Shown here: piece by piece, positions 18,925 through 28,179 of the stretch
Numbering within the stretch: the first letter of the stretch is position 1
Layout: every line of letters begins with the position of its first letter
Source: Candidatus Eiseniibacteriota bacterium
Lineage (GTDB): Bacteria > Arandabacterota > Arandabacteria > Arandabacterales > Arandabacteraceae
Direction of reading: 5' to 3'
DNA length: 32,807 nt
Assembly (NCBI GenBank): GCA_043810925.1
Contig: JBDRNT010000070.1
Span: 1 to 32,807, forward strand
Position numbers and translations under genes: made by a program
The notes under the pieces: model-generated
Told to the model about the DNA's origin: nothing
Databases searched by the model: none
The model's input: the letters and a program-made list of their open reading frames with translations, nothing else

Positions 18925-20598
18925 GTGATGAAGCGTCTATGCAGCCTTGGCAGTATTGTGTTTATTCTGGGTCTGGCCGGTGCGGTGGTGGCGGATGACT
19001 GGAATGCGGTCAGCCTTTCCGACAGCGTTCTCTCATTCGGGGCGGTGACGGCGGGGGAGACCTGTACTCTCAGTGTGACCCTTACCAACAACCTCACGGT
19101 TCCAGTCGAGATTACCGGGGTGGACTTTGAGGAAGGTGTCTTTTCCACCGATCTCACGATGATGCCGATTCCTGCCCTGGGTGGCCACGAGTTCGACGTC
19201 TACTTCGAATCCGAGCAGAATGTGGACTACGCGGATGTCTTAAGGATCACGCTCGATCAAGGCCTGCGCGCGCTTGTGGTTGCGGTATCTGCAGAGGTTC
19301 ACTATTCCGAACCCTACTACAGTAGCACCCGGAACAAATGGGCTGAGGAACTCAAAGATAGTCTGACCGATATCATCGACGGTCACACTTCTCTTGGCTA
19401 TACTCTGGCCCGCGACCAGATGTACGGGAATATCGATAATGACAGCGGCTGGGTCGAATGTGTCTATACGGGACGAACGGCCTTCTTCAACACACGCGCC
19501 GGAGCCACCGCCAATAACTTCAACTGTGAACATACCTGGCCCCAGAGTTTTTCCGCTGAAGCCGAGCCCATGAGGTCAGATATCTTCCATCTCTATCCTA
19601 CGGACATAACCGCAAACAGCATGCGCGGAAGTTATGATTTCGGAATCGTAACATCGCCCACCTGGGGTCAGGGAGGATCGAAGCTGGGTACCGATTCGGA
19701 GGGCCAGACGGTCTTCGAGCCGCGGGATGTGCACAAGGGTAACGTGGCCCGCACTCATTTTTACTACATAATCCGCTACAACGGAGCCTACAACGGCTAT
19801 GTAGATGCAACCAAGATGGAAGCCCACATGCGTGCGTGGCATATTGCTGATCCGGTAGACGCCGATGAAGAGGCACGAAACGAAGACATCTATGCGCTGC
19901 AGAATAACCGGAATCCCTTCATAGACCATCCGGCGCTTATGGATCGCATATCAAGTTTCTTTGGAACTGCGACATACGAAGTGGCGCCTGAGATCGCGGT
20001 GGCCCCGGCCGGTGTCGATCTGGGGACAATCGGGTATGACACAACTGCGTATTACCACATAGCCATCATAAACAGCGGCAATGACACACTCCATGTATCG
20101 TCAATCACCTCAACCGACCCGGATTTCGGTGTCGGTACGTCGAGCCTGGTGCTGGCCCCCGATTCTTACGGATACGTGTGGGTGAGTTACGCGTCCGCTG
20201 AGGCAGACGTTAGTGATTCTACGAGTGTCATCATCGCAAGTGATGATGGCGATGAAAACTCGATCGAGGTGCCCGTCATTGTCGAGGTACTGGATGCCGC
20301 GGGGCTGGACCACCCCGGCGTGGTTCCGGCAGCCTTCGGACTCGCTCAGAACTTCCCCAATCCGTTTGTGTCACAGACGGTGATCTCCTTTGAGATTGAT
20401 GCTTCCGCTGCTGTCGATCTTTCAATCCACAATGTGAGAGGCCAGCTCATCGATCGTCCTCTTGCCGGCAAGTCGCTGACCTCCGGCAGCCACCGGGTGG
20501 TCTTTGCAGGTCGTGACCTGGCTCCAGGGATATACTACTATCGGCTCACGGCCGGTGACCGTGTCCAGACCAAACGCATGGTTCTCTTAGGCCCCTGA
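18925..20598 (+). CDS. Secreted endonuclease I-family (His-Me finger) nuclease with flanking Ig-like (ASH-type) domains and a T9SS-type C-terminal domain
   Basis: Signal peptide. Motifs VECVYTG, NCEHTWPQS, SDIFHLYPT...N..R, KGNVAR, QNNRNPFIDHP. Ig-like segments on both sides of the nuclease core. C-terminal LAQNFPNPF...GIYYYRL. Start is 18925 or 18928. Confidence 0.9.
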   Translation: MMKRLCSLGSIVFILGLAGAVVADDWNAVSLSDSVLSFGAVTAGETCTLSVTLTNNLTVPVEITGVDFEEGVFSTDLTMMPIPALGGHEFDVYFESEQNVDYADVLRITLDQGLRALVVAVSAEVHYSEPYYSSTRNKWAEELKDSLTDIIDGHTSLGYTLARDQMYGNIDNDSGWVECVYTGRTAFFNTRAGATANNFNCEHTWPQSFSAEAEPMRSDIFHLYPTDITANSMRGSYDFGIVTSPTWGQGGSKLGTDSEGQTVFEPRDVHKGNVARTHFYYIIRYNGAYNGYVDATKMEAHMRAWHIADPVDADEEARNEDIYALQNNRNPFIDHPALMDRISSFFGTATYEVAPEIAVAPAGVDLGTIGYDTTAYYHIAIINSGNDTLHVSSITSTDPDFGVGTSSLVLAPDSYGYVWVSYASAEADVSDSTSVIIASDDGDENSIEVPVIVEVLDAAGLDHPGVVPAAFGLAQNFPNPFVSQTVISFEIDASAAVDLSIHNVRGQLIDRPLAGKSLTSGSHRVVFAGRDLAPGIYYYRLTAGDRVQTKRMVLLGP

Positions 20599-20645
20599 CG
20601 TCGAATTTCTGTCTCCGACGTTGCCGGGTTTCCCAATCGTGCCCA

Positions 20646-20702
20646 GTAGCGTCGGGTCGCTGCACCGGGCGCACAGATCGTCGGTGGTGACCCCTACGCT
20701 AC
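20646..20702. repeat. REP-like imperfect palindrome bounded by GTAG and CTAC
   Basis: gtagcgtcgggtcgc (20646-20660) pairs with gtgacccctacgctac (20687-20702) in the intergenic region. Confidence 0.5.
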
Positions 20703-20778
20703 AGCTCGACGAATTATCGCTCCCCGGTGTATAGTGGACTCAACTTTCGACTAAAACCGGCACAGGAGGACGGGTTTC

Positions 20779-21372
20779 ATGCGTAGACTGACGATGCTGT
20801 GCGTGCTGATGGCGTTCTGCCTGGGTGCGCTGCTCTGTGGTTGTGATCAGAGGAACCCCCGGGTTCTCATCAAGACGGAGCTGGGTGATATCACAGTCGA
20901 GATCTACGTGCGCGAAGCCCCCGTGACGGCCACGAACTTCGTTACCTATGTCCGGGAGGGCCGCTTCGAGGGAGCGACCTTCTACCGCACGGTCACCATG
21001 GATAACCAGCCCGATAACGACATCAAAATCGAGGTCATCCAGGGAGGGCTCAAGGAAGATGAAGACGGACGGGGTCTTGCTCCGATCGCGCACGAGACGA
21101 CAGCCCGGACCGGGGTCCTCCACAAAGATGGCACCATTTCGATGGCCAGGCTGGAGCCGGGAACGGCAAGCTCCGAGATCTTCATCTGTGTAAACGATCA
21201 ACCGGAGCTTGATTTTGGCGGCAGCCGTAACCCCGACGGTCAGGGTTTCGCGGCATTCGGACAGGTGATCGATGGGATGGATACGGTGAAGAAAATCCAA
21301 CTCCAGCCGGCGGACGCTCAATACCTCGATCCTGAAATCAGAATCACCGGTGTGATGCTGCTCAGCGAGTAA
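20779..21372 (+). CDS. Cyclophilin-type peptidyl-prolyl cis-trans isomerase, probable lipoprotein
   Basis: RBS AGGAGG. Lipobox-like LLCGC. Motifs APVTATNF, FYRTV, VIQGG, GTISMAR, FFI-like EIFI, FGQVIDGMD. Confidence 0.9.
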   Translation: MRRLTMLCVLMAFCLGALLCGCDQRNPRVLIKTELGDITVEIYVREAPVTATNFVTYVREGRFEGATFYRTVTMDNQPDNDIKIEVIQGGLKEDEDGRGLAPIAHETTARTGVLHKDGTISMARLEPGTASSEIFICVNDQPELDFGGSRNPDGQGFAAFGQVIDGMDTVKKIQLQPADAQYLDPEIRITGVMLLSE

Positions 21373-21377
21373 GCCGC

Positions 21378-22691
21378 TTAAGGACTCAGACGTTTGAGCA
21401 TACGCGGGAAAGGAATGGTCTCGCGTATATGATGCAGACCGCATATCCAGCGCACGGTCCGCTCGATCCCGAGTCCAAAACCCGAGTGAGGGACTGAACC
21501 GTACCTGCGGATGTCGAGATACCACTCGTAGTCTTCAAGTCTCAACTTGAGCCGCCGGATCTGCTCTTCAAGGAATTCCACACTTGAAGAACGCTGACCA
21601 CCCGTACATATCTCGCTGCCGTGCTCACCATGGAGGAAGGTGTCGCTTGAAAGAGCCAGTCTGTCATCGGACGGGTCCCGCTCGATATAAAACGCGCGGG
21701 CTTCGACCGGGTACTTGTAGATGAAGAACGGCGTCGCCATCTTCTGGATGAGATGAGCCTCCTCCTCGGCACCGAAGTCCTTGCCCCATACCGTCTTAAA
21801 CCCGTCGGCCTGAAGGTCCTTGACCGCATCATCGTACGTTAATATCTCAAACCCCCTGGCGGAAATATCTATATCCTCGGGTTTCCGCTTCAAGAGGACA
21901 AGGTCCTTCTCGTTATGGTCGACAACGTAAGCCACAATGGCTTGAATGAATTTTTCCTGGAACGCCATGTTGTCTTCTGCGTCGAACCATGCCATCTCCG
22001 GCTCCACTATCCAGAACTCGGTCAGATGCTTTCTTGTTTTCGACTTCTCTGCACGGAAACTGGGACCAAAGCAGTAAACACGTTCGAGCGCGGTAATCCC
22101 GGCTTCGCTATAGAGCTGTCCACTCTGCGTCAGGTAGGCCGACAACCCGAAATAGTCGACCTCGAAAAGCAGCGTGGTTTCCTCGCAGGCCGTAGGCGTA
22201 AGAATCGGTGAGTTGAATTCATAGAAACCCTCGCCATGGAGAAAGAGCCTCGCCGCCAGCTCCACGCTACTCCGGATTCGGAGGATTGCCGCCTGTTTGG
22301 GACTCCTCAACCACAGGTGCCGCTTATCAAGCAGGAAATCGGGGCCGTGTTCTTTCCTCCCAATGGGGTAGTCTATGGACTCACCGATCACCGCGAGCCG
22401 TTTGACAATCACCTCGACACCGCCGGGCGCTCTCGTCTCCACTTTTGCCGTGCCCTCGACCTGGATCGATGTCTCAATACCGAGACCGGTTGCCCGAGCA
22501 TACTCATCCCCGGACATCTCATCTTCGCTCACGACGAGCTGGCAGATGCCTGTTCCGTCTCTGAACTGGAGAAATGCTATCTTGCCGGAGCTCCTTATGG
22601 CATAAACCCAGCCCCGGAGTTTTACGAGATCACCCTCACGGGTGTATAGACCGGTGATCCTGCTGGTACTCTTGTCTGATTGAAGCGCCAC
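21378..22691 (-). CDS. asnS: Asparagine--tRNA ligase
   Basis: OB-fold LRGWV..R.SGK..F...RDGTG, RHLWLRS, YLTQSGQLY, FRAEKSKTRKHLTEFW..EPE, WYLDIRRYGSVPHSGFGLGIER. The likely start is GTG 22691, 5 nt after GGAGG; the ORF track starts at 22721. Confidence 0.9.
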   Translation of the reverse strand: MALQSDKSTSRITGLYTREGDLVKLRGWVYAIRSSGKIAFLQFRDGTGICQLVVSEDEMSGDEYARATGLGIETSIQVEGTAKVETRAPGGVEVIVKRLAVIGESIDYPIGRKEHGPDFLLDKRHLWLRSPKQAAILRIRSSVELAARLFLHGEGFYEFNSPILTPTACEETTLLFEVDYFGLSAYLTQSGQLYSEAGITALERVYCFGPSFRAEKSKTRKHLTEFWIVEPEMAWFDAEDNMAFQEKFIQAIVAYVVDHNEKDLVLLKRKPEDIDISARGFEILTYDDAVKDLQADGFKTVWGKDFGAEEEAHLIQKMATPFFIYKYPVEARAFYIERDPSDDRLALSSDTFLHGEHGSEICTGGQRSSSVEFLEEQIRRLKLRLEDYEWYLDIRRYGSVPHSGFGLGIERTVRWICGLHHIRETIPFPRMLKRLSP

Positions 22692-22738
22692 CACAGCCTC
22701 CGTTACTTTTGATGACAACAACTACATCCAATGAGTAT

Positions 22739-22767
22739 ATCATAGTCAAGTCAATTATGTTTTACAA
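22739..22767 (-). promoter_or_regulatory. Sigma70-type promoter for asnS
   Basis: On the minus strand: TTGTAA (22767-22762), 17-bp spacer, TATGAT (22744-22739). An overlapping TGaTATACT is also present. Confidence 0.55.
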
Positions 22768-22820
22768 GGAGACCATCCCGGGCTGGGGCTCACTCCGCCC
22801 TGCCGGCGGCGAAAAGGTAA

Positions 22821-22849
22821 TTTGATTTGGTTGCTCCTCTTGGTAGAAT
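22821..22849 (+). promoter_or_regulatory. Sigma70-type promoter for the fused DPD-like/ssnA operon
   Basis: Extended -10 TGgTAGAAT (22841-22849), with TTTGAT/TTGATT at 17/16-bp spacing. Confidence 0.6.
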
Positions 22850-22878
22850 TGGGAAAATCCATCAGGAAGAGGTTTGAT

Positions 22879-25380
22879 ATGAATAACTCAGACGAAGCCA
22901 GGAAGTGCTTTCTTACCGATGCCCAATTCAGGTATGAGGTCGAAAAGTGTGAGAACTGTGAGGAGAAGCCGTGTCTTAACGCCTGCCCGGCGGGATGTTC
23001 GCCCATGGACTTCATCCTCGCATCACGAGCAGGGCGGCCCTCGGATTTCAGACGTGCTGCGGCCCGGATCCTGACCGCCAATCCACTCGGTGGCATATGT
23101 GGTGTGATCTGTCCGGACAGGCATTGCATGTCGGGATGCGTTTATAAGGGTCTCAATCGCCCCGTCAACATCCCGGCCGTCCAGGCGACCATCATCGAAA
23201 AGGCCAAGCAACTCGACACGATGCCCTCATTCGGAGAGCCGGAGCCCAACGGGAGGAAAGTGGGGGTTGTCGGGGCGGGTCCATCGGGACTTGGTGCCGC
23301 TATCGTCCTGGCCAGGGAAGGGTATGCGGTAACCATCTTTGATAAGAGGGACGCCCCCGGTGGTATGTGCCATCTCATTCCCGACGGCAGACTACCATTT
23401 GATGTCGTCAAATCGGATATCGACTTCCTCTTTTCAATCGGTGGCATGACACTTAAGACCGGAGTGGAGATCAAGGATCCCCGGGAGCTTCTCAAACAGG
23501 GCTTCGATGCTGTGGCGGTTTGCGCGGGACTTGATACGCCGCTGGCTCTGGGTCTTGATAACGAACACCTGGCGGTCCCCGGTCTCGTCTATCTCGACGA
23601 TCCTGCGAGGTGCCCCATGACAGGCAGTGTTGCCGTCGTCGGAGGTGGGGCGACTGCTCTTGATTGTGCCACAACCGCGGTCGAACGTGGTGCTGGCAGG
23701 GTCGAGTTGATTGCGCTTGAGAACCTAAAGGAGATGCCACTCACACCAGTTGAGCGACAGGCGCTCCTGGACTTCAACATCGAGGTCTCGGGGAGGACGA
23801 GAGTGACCGAGATCCTGGTTGATGGGGATAAGATAGCAGGCTTGAGAACCATCAACATAGCGCTTGCCCCCGGGAGGGAATTCAATTTCGCTGACCTTTC
23901 CGACATACCGGGGACCGAGTGCACACGCCGTGAGTTCGATCACATAGTGGTCGCCATCGGCGCGAAGTCAAGCATCGAACGTGTAGACGATCAGGCGGTC
24001 TTCTACGGCGGCGACCTCATAAACGGTCCGACCAGCGTCGTCGAAGCGGTCGCTTCAGGCAAGAATGTCGCCGCGTTGGTCATGAGCTTCCTCACCGGCG
24101 CGAATGCCCCGGAAATAGAGGATTCACGCAAGAGTTCTTACCGCATCAAAGGCTGGCAATCGAGACCGGTCCCGCTCAAGTCGGATTTCTTCGGGCGTGA
24201 AATCAGGTCTCCGTTCCTCCTTTCTGCGGCTCCTCCAACAGACGGCCTCGACCAGATGAAGGCGGCGTATGACGCCGGGTGGCCCGGTGGAATCATGAAG
24301 ACCTCTTTTGACGGCGTGCCGATTCATATCCCGGCAGAGTACATGCATCTCTTTAACGCGCTCACCTATGGTAACTGCGACAACGTTTCGGGCCACACGC
24401 TCGACCGCGTGTGTCGTGAAATCGAACTACTCGTACGGGAATACCCCGGCCGTCTCACCATGGCTTCGACCGGTGGCTCGGTAACGGGTGATGATGATGC
24501 CGACCGCAGGAGCTGGCAGGGCAATACAACGAAACTCGAAGCCGCAGGGGTGATGGGTGTTGAGTATAGCCTCTCTTGCCCGCAGGGAGGGGATGGGACC
24601 GAGGGTGACATCGTATCGCAGAACGCGGCACTGACTGCGAAGATAATAGACTGGATAATGGATGTCTCGGATGCCGGGATACCGAAACTCTTCAAACTCA
24701 CCGGCGCCGTAACCTCCATTACACCGATCATGATTGCTATCAGGGAGGTGCTCGAGAAGTATCCCGAGAAGAAGGCGGGTGTCACACTTGCGAATACTTT
24801 CCCCACGATGATGTTCCGCGCAGGGGAGAAGTCGGAGTGGGAGGAGGGGATTGTCGTGGGCATGAGCGGGGACGGGGTGCTGCCCATAAGCTACCTCACA
24901 CTTGCAAAGGCCGTAAGCGCGGGTGTTGCGATATCGGGTAACGGCGGTCCGATGGATTACAAGGCGGCCGCTGACTTTCTGGCCCTGGGTGCGACGACCG
25001 TGCAATTCTGCACGCTCGTGATGAAGTACGGATACTCAGTCATAGACCACATAGAGGAAGGCGTAAGCCACCTGATGCTTGACAGAGGAATCGGCTCAAC
25101 CGCCGAACTGATAGGCCGGGCTTTCCCCCAACCCATCACCGACTTCATGGACCTGTCGCCGAAGAAGGCCATATCGGCCGTCCATGAAGAACTCTGTCTC
25201 TCGTGCGGGAACTGCACGAGATGTCCCTACATGGCGATTACACTTGATGATGACAAGCATCCCGTGACCGACGCGTCGAAGTGCATCGGTTGTGGGATCT
25301 GTACGCTCAAGTGTTTCTCCAGTGCGCTCTACCTGCGTGAGCGGACCGATGAGGAAGCTGCAGCACTTAAGGAGGACTGA
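22879..25380 (+). CDS. Single-chain dihydropyrimidine dehydrogenase-like Fe-S flavoprotein (PreT-PreA fusion), substrate uncertain
   Basis: ATG 22879 follows GGAAGAGG. PreT-like half: EKCENCEEKPCLNACP, NPLGGICGVICP..HCMSGC, GAGPSG, GGGATALD. FMN barrel: PFLLSAAPPTD, EYSLSCP, ANT, GMSG, TVQFCT. C-terminal CLSCGNC and CIGCGICTLKC. Confidence 0.85.
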   Translation: MNNSDEARKCFLTDAQFRYEVEKCENCEEKPCLNACPAGCSPMDFILASRAGRPSDFRRAAARILTANPLGGICGVICPDRHCMSGCVYKGLNRPVNIPAVQATIIEKAKQLDTMPSFGEPEPNGRKVGVVGAGPSGLGAAIVLAREGYAVTIFDKRDAPGGMCHLIPDGRLPFDVVKSDIDFLFSIGGMTLKTGVEIKDPRELLKQGFDAVAVCAGLDTPLALGLDNEHLAVPGLVYLDDPARCPMTGSVAVVGGGATALDCATTAVERGAGRVELIALENLKEMPLTPVERQALLDFNIEVSGRTRVTEILVDGDKIAGLRTINIALAPGREFNFADLSDIPGTECTRREFDHIVVAIGAKSSIERVDDQAVFYGGDLINGPTSVVEAVASGKNVAALVMSFLTGANAPEIEDSRKSSYRIKGWQSRPVPLKSDFFGREIRSPFLLSAAPPTDGLDQMKAAYDAGWPGGIMKTSFDGVPIHIPAEYMHLFNALTYGNCDNVSGHTLDRVCREIELLVREYPGRLTMASTGGSVTGDDDADRRSWQGNTTKLEAAGVMGVEYSLSCPQGGDGTEGDIVSQNAALTAKIIDWIMDVSDAGIPKLFKLTGAVTSITPIMIAIREVLEKYPEKKAGVTLANTFPTMMFRAGEKSEWEEGIVVGMSGDGVLPISYLTLAKAVSAGVAISGNGGPMDYKAAADFLALGATTVQFCTLVMKYGYSVIDHIEEGVSHLMLDRGIGSTAELIGRAFPQPITDFMDLSPKKAISAVHEELCLSCGNCTRCPYMAITLDDDKHPVTDASKCIGCGICTLKCFSSALYLRERTDEEAAALKED

Positions 25381-26708
25381 TGTCGACGCTACTCATAAGA
25401 AATGGAACGGTTGTTACGCTTGGGGAAACCAACCGGGTTATCGATGATGGGGCCGTACTCGTCGAGGATGCGAAAATCAAGCAGGTCGGGAAGACCGCCG
25501 GCTTCACGGGCTCCTATGACAACGTGATCGACGCCGGTAACAAGGTTGTCCTCCCCGGGTTCATCAATGCGCACATGCACTTCTACAGCACCATGGTCAG
25601 GGGGCTGGGCAAAATCGAGCCCGCGAAAGACTTTGTTGGAGTCTTGGACAAACTCTGGTGGCGGCTTGATAAGCAACTCAGCCTCGACGATTGTTACTAC
25701 AGTGCCCTTGTTCCCCTGATTGACGCCGTTAAGAAGGGGACCACAACGCTCATCGATCATCATGCCAGTCCATCCGCCGTCACGGGTTCGCTTGACACGA
25801 TCGCGTCGGCGGTGAGGGAAGTGGGCTTAAGGGCAAGCCTGTGCTACGAGCTCTCGGACCGGGACGGTCCTGATGTAGCCAGGGCAGGCATCAGGGAAAA
25901 CGTCGACTTTATCGAGAAGTGCAATCGCGAGAAGGATGACTACATCAAGGCCCTCTTCGGTCTCCACGCGAGTTTCACGATATCGGACGCTACGCTTGCG
26001 TCCGCCGTCAAAGCCGCAGATGGGCTTGATACCGGATTTCACATTCACGTGGCTGAGGCTCGTTCCGACCAGGAACACGCGCTTAAGAACTTCGGCAAGC
26101 GTGTAGTTGAGAGACTGAGCGATGCAGGTGTGCTCGGCCCCAAGACGATCGCCGGACACTGCGTTCACGTTAACGAGAACGAACTCGATCTCCTCAAGAG
26201 CACCGACACTTCGGTTGTCCATAATCCCCAGTCCAACATCAACAACGCCGTCGGTGTTGCCGACATCATCGCCATGAGTAAGAAAGGGATACGAGTGGGG
26301 CTCGGGACGGACGCCATGACGGTCAACATGCTTGAAGAGCTGAGACAGGCCCTTTGGATCCACCACCTTGCCCAGGCGAATCCTTCCGTCGGTTTCATGG
26401 AATCGATGAATACCCTGACCCTGAACAACGCGAAGATCGCCAACCGGTACTGGGATATCGGTCTCGGCGAACTCAAGGAAGGCTACGCGGCCGACATCAT
26501 CCTGATGGAGTATTATCCCCCGACGCCTCTTAACACCAATACCTTCCTCGGGCATCTCGGTTTCGGGCTAGCTGAGGGGTGCGTTGATACCACAATAGTG
26601 GGCGGTAAGATCCTCATGGAGAACAGGGAACTCAAGATAGGTATTGATGAGGACGAGGTTGCACGGGAGTCACGGAAGCTTGCAGCCAAACTCTGGGAGC
26701 GTTTCTAG
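25380..26708 (+). CDS. ssnA: SsnA-type metal-dependent aminohydrolase
   Basis: TGATG overlap with the previous gene. PGFINAHMHFYS..RG, LWWRLD, GTTTLIDHHASP, CYELSDRDG, GLHASFT.SD, HIHVAE, HNPQSN.NNAVG, LGTD, K.LWERF end. Confidence 0.88.
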   Translation: MSTLLIRNGTVVTLGETNRVIDDGAVLVEDAKIKQVGKTAGFTGSYDNVIDAGNKVVLPGFINAHMHFYSTMVRGLGKIEPAKDFVGVLDKLWWRLDKQLSLDDCYYSALVPLIDAVKKGTTTLIDHHASPSAVTGSLDTIASAVREVGLRASLCYELSDRDGPDVARAGIRENVDFIEKCNREKDDYIKALFGLHASFTISDATLASAVKAADGLDTGFHIHVAEARSDQEHALKNFGKRVVERLSDAGVLGPKTIAGHCVHVNENELDLLKSTDTSVVHNPQSNINNAVGVADIIAMSKKGIRVGLGTDAMTVNMLEELRQALWIHHLAQANPSVGFMESMNTLTLNNAKIANRYWDIGLGELKEGYAADIILMEYYPPTPLNTNTFLGHLGFGLAEGCVDTTIVGGKILMENRELKIGIDEDEVARESRKLAAKLWERF

Positions 26709-26785
26709 GTCCCGCTGAGGTGGTGTGGTGGATGGGTGGACAACCGGTCCGGGGACCTGAGGAAGCGCATCCCATAGGTGGAGCC

Positions 26786-27457
26786 ATGGCGTGTCGTGTT
26801 TCCATCATAGTACCGACCCTGAATGAGGATGCTTTGATTGGCGAGTTCCTCGATTATCTTCGTACGAGTTTTCCGGAGGCCGAGATCATCGTTGCTGATG
26901 GTGGGAGCGAGGATAAGACCGTGAACCTTGCCGATGGAACGGCCCGGGTCGTACACTCTCCAAGGGGCCGTGGGATTCAGATGAACACGGGAGCAGCCGC
27001 TGCAACGGGTGACATACTCTGGTTCCTCCATGCGGATTGCCGGCCCTCCCCGGACTCGATCGGTCTCATCCTGGATGTACTGGCCGATGACCGTGTTCTG
27101 GGCGGTGGTTTCCGGTGGGCACTGAGCGGTTCGAAGTGGTACTACAAACCCTTCACGGCACTTGCTCATCTTAAGAACAAGCGACGGAGAAACCTGTTTG
27201 GTGACATGGGAATATTCATACGCCGTGACACGTTTGAGAAGATGGGTGGCTATGAAGATATCCCGATCTTTGAGGAGGTCGAATTCAACAACAGGTTGAG
27301 GAAACTGGGTGAAACCGTGATCCTCGATACGCCGCTACCCTCATCCGACAGGAAGCTTCTCACGGAAGGCCCGATTCGAGGCTTCATCAAGAATGACATT
27401 CTCAAAATAGCCTATTCACTTGGCTTTTCACCTGAGTATCTGAAGAAGTTCTACTGA
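26786..27457 (+). CDS. GT2 glycosyltransferase, TIGR04283-like (rSAM/selenodomain- and arsenosugar-associated)
   Basis: ATG 26786 follows GGTGGAG. Motifs SIIVPTLNE, ADGGSED.T, GRG.QMNTGA, WFLHAD, FGDMGIF, GGY..IPIFE. Confidence 0.85.
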   Translation: MACRVSIIVPTLNEDALIGEFLDYLRTSFPEAEIIVADGGSEDKTVNLADGTARVVHSPRGRGIQMNTGAAAATGDILWFLHADCRPSPDSIGLILDVLADDRVLGGGFRWALSGSKWYYKPFTALAHLKNKRRRNLFGDMGIFIRRDTFEKMGGYEDIPIFEEVEFNNRLRKLGETVILDTPLPSSDRKLLTEGPIRGFIKNDILKIAYSLGFSPEYLKKFY

Positions 27458-27466
27458 GGAGGCAGC

Positions 27467-28156
27467 GTGAAGCAGGTCCTCATGATCTTCGCCAAGCACC
27501 CCGATGTGGGCAGCGTGAAGACCAGGCTCCTGACCGACCTGACCCCGGCTGAGGCGGCGGACCTTTACGAAGCGATGACCGAAGATATGGTTTCGCTCCA
27601 CGCGGCTGACCCCTTGCACGATACCATCATCTGCTTCACCCCTGCCGAGTCCCGTGACAACTTCAAATCGTGGTTGGGTGAAGAGATTCAATTCATGCCT
27701 CAAGAGGGTGATGATCTGGGTGCGCGTCAGTTAAACGCTTTTCGCGGCGCTCTTGACCTGGGCTATAAGAGGGTCATAATCATCGGGACCGACTGCCCGT
27801 GCGTTACGCGTGCGGATATCGAAGACGCATTCCGCAGGCTGGAGGCTTGTGACGTGGTGCTTGGGCCGTCTAAAGACGGTGGCTACTATTTGGTCGGGGC
27901 CCGGAGGGCACACTCCATTCTTTTTAAGAACATCGAGTGGGGTGGACCGCATGTGCTCCATGATACACTCAAGCAGGCAGAAAGGGCAGGCATAACTGTC
28001 GGTCTGGTCAGCCGGCGTTTCGACGTCGACCGGTTCGATGATGTTGAGATGCTCTACTCAGTACTCAATCTACAGGCCGACAGGGGGTGGTCCGGCCCCG
28101 TGGTTGCAAAGGCCACTTTCAAGGTCCTGGACTCGATCTTTGGTGAAGGTGAGTGA
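27467..28156 (+). CDS. TIGR04282/DUF2064-like CofC-fold transferase
   Basis: GTG follows GAGGAGG. Motifs IFAKHP..G.VKTRL, Q.GDDLGAR, IIGTDCP, VLGPSKDGGYYLVG, IEWG, DVD..DD. Confidence 0.88.
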   Translation: MKQVLMIFAKHPDVGSVKTRLLTDLTPAEAADLYEAMTEDMVSLHAADPLHDTIICFTPAESRDNFKSWLGEEIQFMPQEGDDLGARQLNAFRGALDLGYKRVIIIGTDCPCVTRADIEDAFRRLEACDVVLGPSKDGGYYLVGARRAHSILFKNIEWGGPHVLHDTLKQAERAGITVGLVSRRFDVDRFDDVEMLYSVLNLQADRGWSGPVVAKATFKVLDSIFGEGE

Positions 28157-28179
28157 TGTCCGAACGCGGGAAGGGAATC

